Assembly (NCBI GenBank): GCA_963980845.1 | Contig: CAXCBS010000001.1 | Coordinates: 1 to 30,929, forward strand | DNA from: an uncultured Candidatus Peregrinibacteria bacterium | GTDB lineage: Bacteria; Patescibacteriota; Gracilibacteria; UBA1369; UBA12473 | Direction: 5' to 3' | DNA length: 30,929 nucleotides | Shown here: positions 16,575 through 26,180 of the stretch, one piece after another | How the letters are laid out: each line of letters opens with the position of its first letter | How positions within the stretch are numbered: the stretch's first letter is position 1 | Notes under the pieces: model-generated | Databases searched by the model: none | What the model was told of the DNA's origin: nothing | The model's input: only the letters and a program-made list of their open reading frames with translations | Translations under genes and position numbers: made by a program

Positions 16575-17647
16575 ATTAATTCGCTTTCTTGTTCTTTTAG
16601 CTTTTCTACAGCTTTTTTAACATCTTGTGACTTGTTTTTGTCTACGATGAGGAGAGCGTCTTTGGTGTTGATGATGGCGAGGTTAGAAAGGCCGACAGTT
16701 ACGATTGTTTTGTGTGCGTCGTCGTTGTAGATGATGGAGCTTTTGGTATCGACTTCTAAGGTTTGGCCACGAGTTAAATTGGCATCAGGAGTGTCGGCAA
16801 GTTCTTCGTGTAGAGAGAGCCAGGTGCCGATGTCACTCCAACCTAGGTCGGATGGGATGATGCGGACTGTGTTGGGATCAACTTTTTCCATGATGGCGTA
16901 ATCGATTGAGATTTTTTGGCATTCTGGGTATTCGGTATTAAGAACAGTTTCGGCTTCGGGGGTTTCGAGTGCGTCTTGGATGCGGATTAAGCGTTCGTAA
17001 GTGTCTGGGAGGTGGTTTTTATAAGCCTCGAGGATTGTATCAACGCGCCAGACATAATAACCAGTGTTCCAGAGGTAATCACCGGATTCAAGGAATGTTT
17101 TGGCGGTTTCTAGGTCAGGTTTTTCAGCGAATTTTTTAAACTCTAGTACTGGGATGCCGTCTACTTCGCTAATCTTCTGCCCAACTTGAACATAGCCTAG
17201 ATTAACGTTAGGGAATTTAGCGTTTACCTCGATAATGTTAAGAGATTTTTGGTCTTGGGCTATTTTTTCAGCCACTTGAAGTTTGTGGGCAAACTCTTCT
17301 TTGTCTTGAATTAAATGGTCAGCGTAGATCACGGCCATGACTTCTTCGGGGTGTTTTTTTGCAACTACGGCCGCCGCAAGTCCAATGCAAGAAGCTGTGT
17401 CGCGAAGGGCCGGTTCTTCGATAATGTTTTCGTGTGGTATCAGGGGTGCTTGCTCCTTAACAAGTTGTACAAATTTTTTGTTCGTAGCTACGTAAATATC
17501 TTCGGGTTTTAAAAAACTTATTCGTTCTATGGTCTCTTCAAACATGGTTTTGTCGGAGGTAAGACGTTCAAATTGTTTGGGTTTAGTGGAGCGGCTTAGA
17601 GGCCAGAGGCGAGTGCCGGTTCCGCCGGCAAGTACTACTGCTTTCAT
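16571..17647 (-). CDS. manC: Mannose-1-phosphate guanylyltransferase (monofunctional length, no C-terminal PMI cupin)
   Basis: VVLAGGTGTRLWPLSR...PKQF, EEPALRDTA, ADH, FAEKPD, LWNTG, SIDYAIMEK, GWSDIGTW and a left-handed beta-helix-type tail. Confidence 0.9.
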   Translation of the reverse strand: MKAVVLAGGTGTRLWPLSRSTKPKQFERLTSDKTMFEETIERISFLKPEDIYVATNKKFVQLVKEQAPLIPHENIIEEPALRDTASCIGLAAAVVAKKHPEEVMAVIYADHLIQDKEEFAHKLQVAEKIAQDQKSLNIIEVNAKFPNVNLGYVQVGQKISEVDGIPVLEFKKFAEKPDLETAKTFLESGDYLWNTGYYVWRVDTILEAYKNHLPDTYERLIRIQDALETPEAETVLNTEYPECQKISIDYAIMEKVDPNTVRIIPSDLGWSDIGTWLSLHEELADTPDANLTRGQTLEVDTKSSIIYNDDAHKTIVTVGLSNLAIINTKDALLIVDKNKSQDVKKAVEKLKEQESELI

Positions 17648-19194
17648 TTAGATTTTTTGATTAAGGATTCACCGGTCATAATAGCCGGTTTGGGTATGTT
17701 GAGAAGGTCTAAAATTGTTGGGGCAATGTCTTGCAAACCTAGTCCACGCGGTTTTTTGAGCGCGTATTTTTGATCAGAAATTAGTAGGCAAGGGACGGGA
17801 TTTAAGGAGTGAGAGGGTTTTTGTTCCCCATTTGGATAAATCATTTCATCGCAGTTGCCATGATCAGAGGTGAGGATCGTAGTGTAGTTGTGTTTTAGGG
17901 CCGTAGGAATGACTTGCTCTAAGCATTCATCAAGTACTTGGCAGCATTTGATGGCGGCTTTTAGATCGCCAGAATGTCCTACTAAATCGCCGTTGGCATA
18001 GTTCACAATAATCACGTCGTAATCTTCTTTTTTAATAGCGGCTAGGAGTTTTTTAGTGATTTTGTAAGCACTCATTTCGGGTTTGTCGGCATAAGATGGG
18101 CACTTAGGAGAGGGGACTAGAATGCGGTCTTCCCCAGGATAAGGTTTTTCAACTTGAGAGTTAAAAAAGAACGTGACGTGCGCGTATTTTTCGGTTTCAG
18201 CTACGCGGAGTTCGCGCAGACCCTTGTTGCTTAAAACTTGGGCTAGGTTCTTTTTTATAAGTGGTGCGGGGAATAATACTGGGGCTTTTTCTGAATATGG
18301 ACCCATGGCCACAAAATAAGGACGTACTCGTTTTTTTGGTTTGAATCCGAGTTTTTTGATGCCACTGTCTTTGGGTGGTTTTTCTCCTGTTAAAGTCCAA
18401 GCTAATTGTCGGGCTCGGTCGGTGCGGTAATTGAAAAACACAACCGCATCTTTGGATTTGATAGTGGCTTTGGGATTGATAATAATGGGTTCAACGTAAT
18501 AGTCACTTTCAACGTCAGTTTGGTAGGCTGCTTCTATTCCGTTCTGTGGAGTTGCGGCTTTTTCTCCTTTGCCGCAAACAAATAAATTGTAGGCTTTTTT
18601 AGTGCGTTTCCAGTTTTGATCTCGGTCCATGGCATAGTAGCGCCCAATCATGGTTACGACTTCGGCTTTGTCTTCAAGTCCTAGTTTTTTGATGCGGCGG
18701 TCAATCATTTTCAAATACTTCCCCGCGCTTTTTTCTGGAACATCACGGCCGTCTAAAATAGCGTGAATATAGATTTTTTTGGTTTTTTGGCGTTTAGCGG
18801 TTTCGAGTAGGGCAAATAAATGATGAATGTTAGCGTGGAGGGCTTGATCGGAAATCATGCCTATTAAATGTAGTACGTCGTGCTGGCAGGCTTTTTTAAG
18901 GGGGGCAAGTTTGTGGAATTTACCAGATTTGATAGAGCGGTTTATTTCTTCGAGGGATTGCCAAGTAATGCGGCCGGCCCCCATGGTGAAATGTCCTACT
19001 TCCGATCCGCCTTGTGATCCGTTTGGCAGGCCAACGGCTCGACTATCGGTTTTTAGAAAAGTGGTAGGATATTTGCGACGTAATGATTTGTAGTATTTCA
19101 TGTCAGCGCGAGCTGGGGCATTGCCTGGGTCACGAGGTTTTCCTTCTCCAAATCCATCAAGGATTAAAAGAAGAACAGGTTTTTTTGTGGTCAT
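17644..19194 (-). CDS. gpmI: 2,3-bisphosphoglycerate-independent phosphoglycerate mutase
   Basis: LLILDGFG, GSEVGH (catalytic Ser), DGRD, GRYYAMDRD, AETEKYAHVTFF, NGDLVGHSG and TSDHGN. Confidence 0.96.
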   Translation of the reverse strand: MTTKKPVLLLILDGFGEGKPRDPGNAPARADMKYYKSLRRKYPTTFLKTDSRAVGLPNGSQGGSEVGHFTMGAGRITWQSLEEINRSIKSGKFHKLAPLKKACQHDVLHLIGMISDQALHANIHHLFALLETAKRQKTKKIYIHAILDGRDVPEKSAGKYLKMIDRRIKKLGLEDKAEVVTMIGRYYAMDRDQNWKRTKKAYNLFVCGKGEKAATPQNGIEAAYQTDVESDYYVEPIIINPKATIKSKDAVVFFNYRTDRARQLAWTLTGEKPPKDSGIKKLGFKPKKRVRPYFVAMGPYSEKAPVLFPAPLIKKNLAQVLSNKGLRELRVAETEKYAHVTFFFNSQVEKPYPGEDRILVPSPKCPSYADKPEMSAYKITKKLLAAIKKEDYDVIIVNYANGDLVGHSGDLKAAIKCCQVLDECLEQVIPTALKHNYTTILTSDHGNCDEMIYPNGEQKPSHSLNPVPCLLISDQKYALKKPRGLGLQDIAPTILDLLNIPKPAIMTGESLIKKSK

Positions 19195-19949
19195 AATAAG
19201 ATTAAATTTAAGTACCAGTCAGCTATTTGTTGTCCGTAAAAAAGAGCAATTAAAGTTCCGATTATTAGAAAAGGGCCAAAAGCAATCATGGTTTTGCGGC
19301 TGGCAAAACCAGTGGCCAGTAAAAAAATACTGATAATGGCGCCAGCTAAATAACCAAAAAATGTGGCTAAAATTGTGAGTTTAAGTCCCAGAACAAACCC
19401 CATAAAAGCGCCAATGCGTAAGTCTCCACCACCAATCCATTTCCCTTTTGAAACAAGAATTTGACCTAAGAAAAATAATACTAAGATTAAAGCTCCGTAA
19501 AGTCCGCTTAAAAAGGAAGGAGTTCCAGTAAAAAAAGTTCCAACTAGTGCCAAAATAATCGAAGGAATCATGATGACGTCTGGAATTTCTTGGTAAAGCA
19601 AATCGTAAAAGAAAATAAACACAAAAATCATGGCGTAAGCAGCGTATAACGGGAGTGGGGCAACTCCTAGAAGAGCCATGGCTACAAATAGTGAACCAGT
19701 GGAAAGTTCCAAAACTGGATAGTGCCACGGAATATGTTTTTTACATTTTTTGCATTTGCCGCGTAGCCCGATATAACTGATTAAAGGGATTAATTCGAGT
19801 GGTCCTAATTTTTTGTTACATTGCGGACACATTGATGATCCAAAAAAAATGCCTTTTTCATCATTATGAATACGATGAATTAAAACACTTAAAAACGAAC
19901 CTAAAACTAGGCCAAGTATAAATAATAAAAGATAAAAGAAGATAATCAT
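19191..19949 (-). CDS. pilD: Prepilin peptidase (A24 family, type IV pilin processing)
   Basis: GSFLSV, CPQC and CKKC zinc pairs, catalytic Asp motifs FFYD and GGGD, and FGPFL. Confidence 0.92.
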   Translation of the reverse strand: MIIFFYLLLFILGLVLGSFLSVLIHRIHNDEKGIFFGSSMCPQCNKKLGPLELIPLISYIGLRGKCKKCKKHIPWHYPVLELSTGSLFVAMALLGVAPLPLYAAYAMIFVFIFFYDLLYQEIPDVIMIPSIILALVGTFFTGTPSFLSGLYGALILVLFFLGQILVSKGKWIGGGDLRIGAFMGFVLGLKLTILATFFGYLAGAIISIFLLATGFASRKTMIAFGPFLIIGTLIALFYGQQIADWYLNLILL

Positions 19950-21388
19950 GCGGGAGGGTTAAGTTCTGATGCAGCGGCCTCTTCTTGGGCCAGAATTTCG
20001 TTGTAACGATTAGCAGCTAGGTTTCCGACCGAAGAGTCGGGATCAAGAGTGTAGCAGCGTTTGTAATGCTCTTTGGCGGCCTCTAAGTTGTTTTGTTTTT
20101 GAGCGAGCCAGCCTAGATTTAAATAAGCAGCGGAAAGGTTAGAATCAAGAATAAGAGCGTAGTTTAAATGGTGGTCAGCGTTGGCATAATCACCACTGGT
20201 GGTTAAGGCCCATCCAAGTAAGTTGTAGCTCATGGCTGAGTCTGGATGTTCGGTAACAGCTTGCTCTCCAAGTTCAATGGCGCGATCAAGATTGTTTAAT
20301 TTGTCCAGATAGAGCCAGACTGGTCGAATATATAGATTAACGTCAGCAGAATTGATAATTAAAACGTTTTCATAAGCTTCAACTGCTTTTTCGTATTCAG
20401 CGGCCAGGACCGCGGTGTCAGCTAGTTTTTGATAAGCTTGGACGCGCGGTTCATAATCGCTTTCAATGGCTAGTTCAATTTGAGTAACGGCTGAGGAATA
20501 TTCATCAGACCCAAAATAGGCTAAGCCTAGGAAATAGCGGGTTTCGGGTTTGGTAGGATCAAGTTCAAGTGCTTTTTGTAAAGCGTCTTGGGAGTCGCGA
20601 TAACTCTCAAGTGAGAGGTAGGTGTAGCCTAAAATAATCCAGGCATCGCGGTAGCTAGGCTCTTCGCGTAGGATGTCGTAAAGCAAGTTGATTGCTAGGT
20701 TAGATTCACCACTTTCAGAATAACTGCGGGCAGTTAATGTTTTCAAATAATTTGGATTACCGTCTTCGGCTAGTTTAGATTCATCGATAGAGGAGATAAA
20801 AGTTTGGGCGTTTTGAGCTAATTCAGGGAAATCGCCGGCGTTTATTACTTTGTTAAAATCGATTTCAGCATTGTCATAATCTCCTATAAAAGAATTTAAA
20901 AGGGCGCGATAATATAGAACTTCGGTGCTTTCAGCGGGGGCAGTATCAAAATGTTCTTTGGCTGTTTCAAACTGTTCAAGGGCAAGGTAGGTTTTTCCGA
21001 GTAGAACGGTGGCATTTAGATTGGCAGGGTTGTTGGTGTTGGCGGTTTCAAGGACAAGGCGGGCTTTCTCATATTCGTAATTGGAGTAATAAGCATTTCC
21101 TAATTTGTAAAATGGTTCAGAAAGCGTAGGTTCAAGCTCCGTAGCCATTTCAAATTCAGTGATGGCAAGTGGGTAAAAATGGTTATCAAAAAGAGTTGAG
21201 CCTTTTTCAATATGGTCTAAATAAGTGGGATTATTGGATGTATCAGGAGGAGTTTCAATGATTATGTCGATTGGTTCATCCGGAACTTCAAATAAGCTCG
21301 TCATTAGGTTTGGTTGAATAGCAGTTACATAAACCATCCCAAACATAAGGAAAGTAGAGAGAACGAAACCAATTAAAAAGTTTTTCAT
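19946..21388 (-). CDS. Membrane-anchored tetratricopeptide-repeat protein
   Basis: N-terminal hydrophobic anchor followed by many TPR-like units (e.g. AWIILGYTYLSLESYRDSQDALQKALELDP, AYLNLGWLAQKQNNLEAAKEHYKRCYTLDP). Confidence 0.85.
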   Translation of the reverse strand: MKNFLIGFVLSTFLMFGMVYVTAIQPNLMTSLFEVPDEPIDIIIETPPDTSNNPTYLDHIEKGSTLFDNHFYPLAITEFEMATELEPTLSEPFYKLGNAYYSNYEYEKARLVLETANTNNPANLNATVLLGKTYLALEQFETAKEHFDTAPAESTEVLYYRALLNSFIGDYDNAEIDFNKVINAGDFPELAQNAQTFISSIDESKLAEDGNPNYLKTLTARSYSESGESNLAINLLYDILREEPSYRDAWIILGYTYLSLESYRDSQDALQKALELDPTKPETRYFLGLAYFGSDEYSSAVTQIELAIESDYEPRVQAYQKLADTAVLAAEYEKAVEAYENVLIINSADVNLYIRPVWLYLDKLNNLDRAIELGEQAVTEHPDSAMSYNLLGWALTTSGDYANADHHLNYALILDSNLSAAYLNLGWLAQKQNNLEAAKEHYKRCYTLDPDSSVGNLAANRYNEILAQEEAAASELNPPA

Positions 21389-21396
21389 AGGAGGGT

Positions 21397-21867
21397 TTAA
21401 AACTTGGTTTGAGCGTGACAGAGGGCGATAGCTAGGGCGTCGGCCGCGTCGTCAGGGCGAGGAATAGATTTTAATTTAAGGATCAAGGCGACCATTTTTT
21501 GCATTTCGACCTTGGCCGCTTTGCCATTGCCGGTGATGGCAACTTTTATTTGGCCAGGATTGTATTCAAAAATAGGATAGCCTAATCTGTTGACTGTATG
21601 CAAGATAACTCCACGGGCTTCGGCTACTTTTAGAGCGGTGGTCGTGTTTTTGCTAAAATAAAGTTCTTCGATAGCGCATACGTCAGGTTGCCAGGTTTGG
21701 CATATTTCATTGAGATCTGAATGAATTTGGTTAAGACGTGAGGCGTTAGAAAGACTTTTGGGAGTTTGAATATGTCCAAAATCAATGACCTTGGTGATTG
21801 GTCCGTTCACGTCAATTATGCCAAAACCAATGGTCGCTAGCCCGGGATCTATACCTAAAATTCGCAT
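21397..21867 (-). CDS. ruvC: Crossover junction endodeoxyribonuclease RuvC
   Basis: ILGIDPG, AIEELYF, ARGV, GNGKAAK and PDDAADALAIALCH. Confidence 0.96.
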   Translation of the reverse strand: MRILGIDPGLATIGFGIIDVNGPITKVIDFGHIQTPKSLSNASRLNQIHSDLNEICQTWQPDVCAIEELYFSKNTTTALKVAEARGVILHTVNRLGYPIFEYNPGQIKVAITGNGKAAKVEMQKMVALILKLKSIPRPDDAADALAIALCHAQTKF

Positions 21868-21873
21868 GTGCGA

Positions 21874-21882
21874 ATTATACCA
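21874..21882 (-). promoter_or_regulatory. Perfect extended -10 (TG-G-TATAAT) overlapping the pyk stop codon, positioned for a leaderless ruvC transcript
   Basis: Minus strand gtggTATAATtcgcacATG, with a 6-nt spacer to the start codon. Confidence 0.55.
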
Positions 21883-23290
21883 CAGTGGTTGAGATAAAGT
21901 TATTCTTACGACCAGCGTTTACAATTACAACTAAATCACCTTTTTTTGCGATTTTTGATTTTTTAACAATGCCAGGGATTAGTTTGTCAGCCATGCGGTC
22001 GGTTTTAATGCGGGTTTTGGAAACATGGACGTTGTTCATTCCCCAGACTAATTTCAGTTGGCAGGCGATTTTATCATTGTAAGTAATGGCCAGTGTTGGG
22101 ATGCTGGGTCGGTATTTCATGACTTGATGAGCAGTATAGCCAGATTTGGTTATTACAATGATTGCTTTGGCTTTGACGTCTTCGGCAAGCAAGGCGGCAC
22201 TTAGTGAAATTGCATCGCTAACGGGAGCGTTTTCTTCTTGGTGGGGGAGTGTTAAGAGGTGTTCTTTTTGTTGAAGTTCTTTTTCTACGGCGTGGGCAAC
22301 TTTGGCTAAGGTGCTAACTGCGCGAACTGGGTATTTACCAACCGAAGTTTCGCCAGAAAGCATAAAAGCATCAGCGTGATCAAAAATAGCAGTAGCAGCA
22401 TCACTAACTTCGGCGCGGGTGGCGCGTGGGTTATTGATCATTGATTCCAAAATTTGGGTAGCGATGATTGTTGGTTTACCGTGAATAAGTCCAAGGCGCA
22501 CAATTTCTTTTTGGGCAATTGGTACGCGCTCGGCTGGGATCTCTAAACCAAGATCCCCGCGCGCCACCATGATTGCGTCGGCTGCTTTTACAATTCCTTC
22601 TAGATTATTTAGAGCTTCGTGCCTTTCAACTTTGGCAATTATTTGGATATGGGGATGGCCGCGTTTTATAAGTTCGGCGCGCAATGCCTTGATGTCTTTA
22701 GCTGATTTCACAAACGAAAGCGAAACATAATCTATTCCTTGTTTAAGTCCAAAAGTTAAGTCCGCTAAGTCTTTGCGGGTGATGGCCTTGGCGCGCAAGG
22801 AGGCGGTGGGGCAGTTGATGCCTTTGTTGGTTTTGAGTAGGCCTCCAGTTTTTACACGGCAATGGATTTCACGTCCGGTTTTGTGGGTTACTACTAATTC
22901 AAGATAGCCGTCGTCCAGCAAGATAATGTCATCGCGTTTAACGTCTTTGTGTAAATTAGGATAAGGGACGGGAACAACGCCTTCTTTGGCAGTTTTCCGT
23001 CCGGTAATTAGTGTTACGTTTTGGGCTCGTTTAAGTTCAAGTCCTTCATCTGGCATCTTGCCAACTCTAATCTTAGGACCTTGGAGGTCTTGCATAATGG
23101 CCACTTTTTGGCCGGTTTTTTTGCTAGCAGCTCGTAAATTGCGGCAGATTTTTTTCATATGATCATAAGACCCATGCGAAAAATTAAGCCGAGCCACGTT
23201 CATGCCAGCGTTTAACATTTGTTCAATTATTTCTTGTGAATCTGAGGCAGGCCCCAGAGTACAAACAATTCGAGTGTTCTTTTTTAGCAT
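21875..23290 (-). CDS. pyk: Pyruvate kinase
   Basis: TRIVCTLGPAS, ARLNFSHG, DLQGPKIR, KVER, MVARGDLG, ATQILESM, PRATRAE and MLSGETSVGKYP. Confidence 0.96.
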   Translation of the reverse strand: MLKKNTRIVCTLGPASDSQEIIEQMLNAGMNVARLNFSHGSYDHMKKICRNLRAASKKTGQKVAIMQDLQGPKIRVGKMPDEGLELKRAQNVTLITGRKTAKEGVVPVPYPNLHKDVKRDDIILLDDGYLELVVTHKTGREIHCRVKTGGLLKTNKGINCPTASLRAKAITRKDLADLTFGLKQGIDYVSLSFVKSAKDIKALRAELIKRGHPHIQIIAKVERHEALNNLEGIVKAADAIMVARGDLGLEIPAERVPIAQKEIVRLGLIHGKPTIIATQILESMINNPRATRAEVSDAATAIFDHADAFMLSGETSVGKYPVRAVSTLAKVAHAVEKELQQKEHLLTLPHQEENAPVSDAISLSAALLAEDVKAKAIIVITKSGYTAHQVMKYRPSIPTLAITYNDKIACQLKLVWGMNNVHVSKTRIKTDRMADKLIPGIVKKSKIAKKGDLVVIVNAGRKNNFISTTVV

Positions 23291-23317
23291 TTTTAAAGGG
23301 AAGGTAATACGCCCCTT

Positions 23318-23326
23318 ATTATACCA
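23318..23326 (-). promoter_or_regulatory. Extended -10 (TG-G-TATAAT) promoter for pyk
   Basis: Minus strand aaaaTGGTATAATaagg in the glmS-pyk gap, 27 nt upstream of the ATG. Confidence 0.6.
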
Positions 23327-23347
23327 TTTTTTCAGGTTGAGAACAAG

Positions 23348-25135
23348 CTACTTAACAGTTACGCTCTTAGCTAGATTACGTGGCATGTCAGGATTGTTTT
23401 CGCGACCAATGGCGAGATGATAGGCCAGAATTTGGATTGGGATAATGCTCACAATTGGAGAGGCATTACCAGCGTCTGGCACCTTGATCCAATAGTCAAA
23501 AATTTCAGAATTTTCAGGAGAAACACCAATAATATAACCACCACGAGCTTTGATTTCCATGGCATTGCTTAGAATGTCAGATCGGGTTTCATCATTAGCC
23601 ACAATTGCAATACACGGAACACCTTCAGAGATCAGGGCAATTGGCCCGTGTTTAAGTTCTCCTCCGGCAAATCCTTCGGCATGGATGTAGGAAACTTCTT
23701 GCAGTTTAATCGCGGCTTCAAGCGCCATTGGATAGTTAAGCCCTTTCCCAATGATGTACATGCTTTCCACATCAATAATTTTGTCAGCTAAGGCTTTGAT
23801 ATGATCTTCGTAACGTGGATTTAACATATCGTTAATCTTGCCGGCCGTGGCCGCAAGTAGTTGTTGTCCTTCGTTAAGTTTTCCAGCGCAAGCATAGGCC
23901 AGCAAAGTGAGAATTGCCATCTGAGAAGTAGTGGCTTTGGTAGAGGCGACCGCTTTTTCTGGACCGGCTTTAATTGGGATAACTAAATCTGATACGCGGG
24001 CCATGGTGGAGCTTTCCACATTTACAATTGAAGCGATTTTTACACCTTTTTTCTGAGCAACTTCAATAGCTTCTAATGTGTCAGCAGTTTCACCGCTTTG
24101 TGATATGGATAAAAGTAGTGTTTTATCAGTTAAAAAATCTTGGTAACTGGCAAATTCAGATCCAAAAGTGAAATTAACATGCTCTTTGGCAATGCGAGAG
24201 AACAAGTAAGAGCCGGTTAAGGCTACTTTTCCAGCGGTTCCACAGCCAATTAAGAACGTTCCGCGAGCTTCTTCAATGGCTTTGGCCATGGCTTCTATTA
24301 CGTTTGGTTCTTGGTTAATGGCGCGACTTAAAGTGTCTTTTTGCTCCATGATTTCTTTGAGCATAAAATGAGCGTAATCGCCTTTTTCCGCGCTTTGGAT
24401 ATCAAATGTTAGTTCTACGATGCGTTTTTCGATTTGTTCGTCTGATTTGGTGCTGAAAAACTTGGCTCCTTCCTTATCAATTACCACCATTTGTTCGTCA
24501 TCTAAGTACATGACACGTTTGGTGTGTTTATAAAAAGCCGGGACATCAGACCCCAGGAAATATTCATTATCAAGTGGACCAACACCGACAATTAACGGTG
24601 ATCCAGTTCGAGCGGCGATCATTTTCTCTTCATCTTTGTGAATAGCTAAAAACCCGTATCTTCCTTCTAACCTTTTAACAGCTTTTTTTACTCCTTCTTC
24701 AAATCCAATTTCGTTAGTGTACTTCTCGATTAAATGAACAATTGTTTCAGTGTCAGTTTCAGATTTAAATTCAAACCCATCTTTTTTAAGTTCTTCGCGG
24801 AGCTCAACATAGTTTTCAACAATTCCATTGTGAACAAGAGCGATATTACCGCTATGACTTAAGTGTGGGTGGGCGTTTTGGTCGGTTACGCCGCCGTGGG
24901 TGGCCCAGCGAGAATGTCCAATAGCTAGATGGTTAGTCTCTTTGAGCATCTCTGGTTTTAAGTCGTCGGCTTCAGAAATCTTACCTACATGCTTTTCAAG
25001 AAGTAAGTCGCCTTGTTCGTTTTTACAGGCTACTCCCCAGGAGTCATATCCTCGGTATTCAAGATTTTTTAGGCCGTCGATGGCCATTTGGCTAGCATTA
25101 TTTTGAGGGCCTAAATAACCAAAAATTCCACACAT
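23348..25135 (-). CDS. glmS: Glutamine--fructose-6-phosphate aminotransferase (isomerizing)
   Basis: N-terminal MCGIFG, LEYRGYDSWG, GHSRWATHG, HNGIVEN, SQSGETADT, ASTKA, GELKHGP and PRNLAKSVT. Confidence 0.97.
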   Translation of the reverse strand: MCGIFGYLGPQNNASQMAIDGLKNLEYRGYDSWGVACKNEQGDLLLEKHVGKISEADDLKPEMLKETNHLAIGHSRWATHGGVTDQNAHPHLSHSGNIALVHNGIVENYVELREELKKDGFEFKSETDTETIVHLIEKYTNEIGFEEGVKKAVKRLEGRYGFLAIHKDEEKMIAARTGSPLIVGVGPLDNEYFLGSDVPAFYKHTKRVMYLDDEQMVVIDKEGAKFFSTKSDEQIEKRIVELTFDIQSAEKGDYAHFMLKEIMEQKDTLSRAINQEPNVIEAMAKAIEEARGTFLIGCGTAGKVALTGSYLFSRIAKEHVNFTFGSEFASYQDFLTDKTLLLSISQSGETADTLEAIEVAQKKGVKIASIVNVESSTMARVSDLVIPIKAGPEKAVASTKATTSQMAILTLLAYACAGKLNEGQQLLAATAGKINDMLNPRYEDHIKALADKIIDVESMYIIGKGLNYPMALEAAIKLQEVSYIHAEGFAGGELKHGPIALISEGVPCIAIVANDETRSDILSNAMEIKARGGYIIGVSPENSEIFDYWIKVPDAGNASPIVSIIPIQILAYHLAIGRENNPDMPRNLAKSVTVK

Positions 25136-25169
25136 AAAATAGAGAGGTTAGGAACGAGAGAAATTTTAG

Positions 25170-26180
25170 CTAATTTCTCCGTAAAATGCAATTTTTTAAA
25201 CCTTTTGGTTCGGTGGTTAAGTTGCGAGATCCTTTTTTTGTGATTACGAGCAGGTCTTCGATGCGAATTCCAAATTTTCCAGAGTAATAAACGCCGGGTT
25301 CAATTGTGACGACCATGCCGGGTTTAAGTTTGGTTTTAGACTTAGGGGAAAGGCTAGGTAGTTCATGAACTTCGAGACCGAGGCCATGGCCTAGTGAGTG
25401 TAAAAATTCTTCTCCGAGCATTTTGCGGGCTAGTTGATCGATTTGATGTCCGTTTTTGCCTGGTTTTAAGGCTAGTATTGCAGCTTCTTGAGCCTTGAGT
25501 ACAAGATTGTAGGCTTTTTCTTGTTCAATGGTGGGGGAGCCTTTAAACAACATCCGGGTCATATCCGAGGCGTAATTATTAAGAGTAACTCCCATATCTA
25601 TCATAATAATGTCATTTGATTTCAATTTGCGCTTGGAGGGCTCAGAGTGGGGATTGGAAGTATTGGGACCAAAAGCCACGATTGGACCAAATGATTTTTT
25701 AGCACCAGCGCAGAGGGTCTCAATTTGGATTTTCTGTGCTATTTCTTGCTCAGTCACTCCTGTTTTTAAAGATCTTTTTGTTGTTCTAAAAATTTGTTCA
25801 CAAAGCTTTTGTGAGGCACTTATTTTGCGCAACGCAGCCGGGGATTTGATGGCTCTTAAGTTTTCGATTTTTTGCGCGTTATCTTTCCATTTCATTTTAG
25901 GGAAATTTCTCTTCCAACGTTTTAATGAATTGACGCGAATGCTGTGTCCTTCGTATTCAATTAGGTCTAGGCGGTGTTTTTTGATTAGTTTAGACCAGAT
26001 TTTTTTGTCTTTGATGTCTAGGGGAGTGACACCTTTGATTGCTTCGGCTTTTTCAAGGTAGCGACCATCAGTTATAAGGTAAGTTTTACTTCTTGTTTGC
26101 AAAACTCCAGCATTAGAGCTTTTAAGGCCGGTTAAGTAAAAAACATTGGTCAGGTCAGTGATTAGGGAGGCTTTGGCCAT
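25170..26180 (-). CDS. Xaa-Pro aminopeptidase/dipeptidase (M24B family)
   Basis: TDGRY, IDMG, YASDMTR, HSLGHGLGLEVHE, TIEPG and GIRIED metal ligands. Confidence 0.92.
   Translation of the reverse strand: MAKASLITDLTNVFYLTGLKSSNAGVLQTRSKTYLITDGRYLEKAEAIKGVTPLDIKDKKIWSKLIKKHRLDLIEYEGHSIRVNSLKRWKRNFPKMKWKDNAQKIENLRAIKSPAALRKISASQKLCEQIFRTTKRSLKTGVTEQEIAQKIQIETLCAGAKKSFGPIVAFGPNTSNPHSEPSKRKLKSNDIIMIDMGVTLNNYASDMTRMLFKGSPTIEQEKAYNLVLKAQEAAILALKPGKNGHQIDQLARKMLGEEFLHSLGHGLGLEVHELPSLSPKSKTKLKPGMVVTIEPGVYYSGKFGIRIEDLLVITKKGSRNLTTEPKGLKNCILRRN

Noticed and set aside
25136-25170. glmS ribozyme upstream of glmS
   Set aside because: The gap is only ~34 nt, far too short for the ribozyme, and no core motif is visible.
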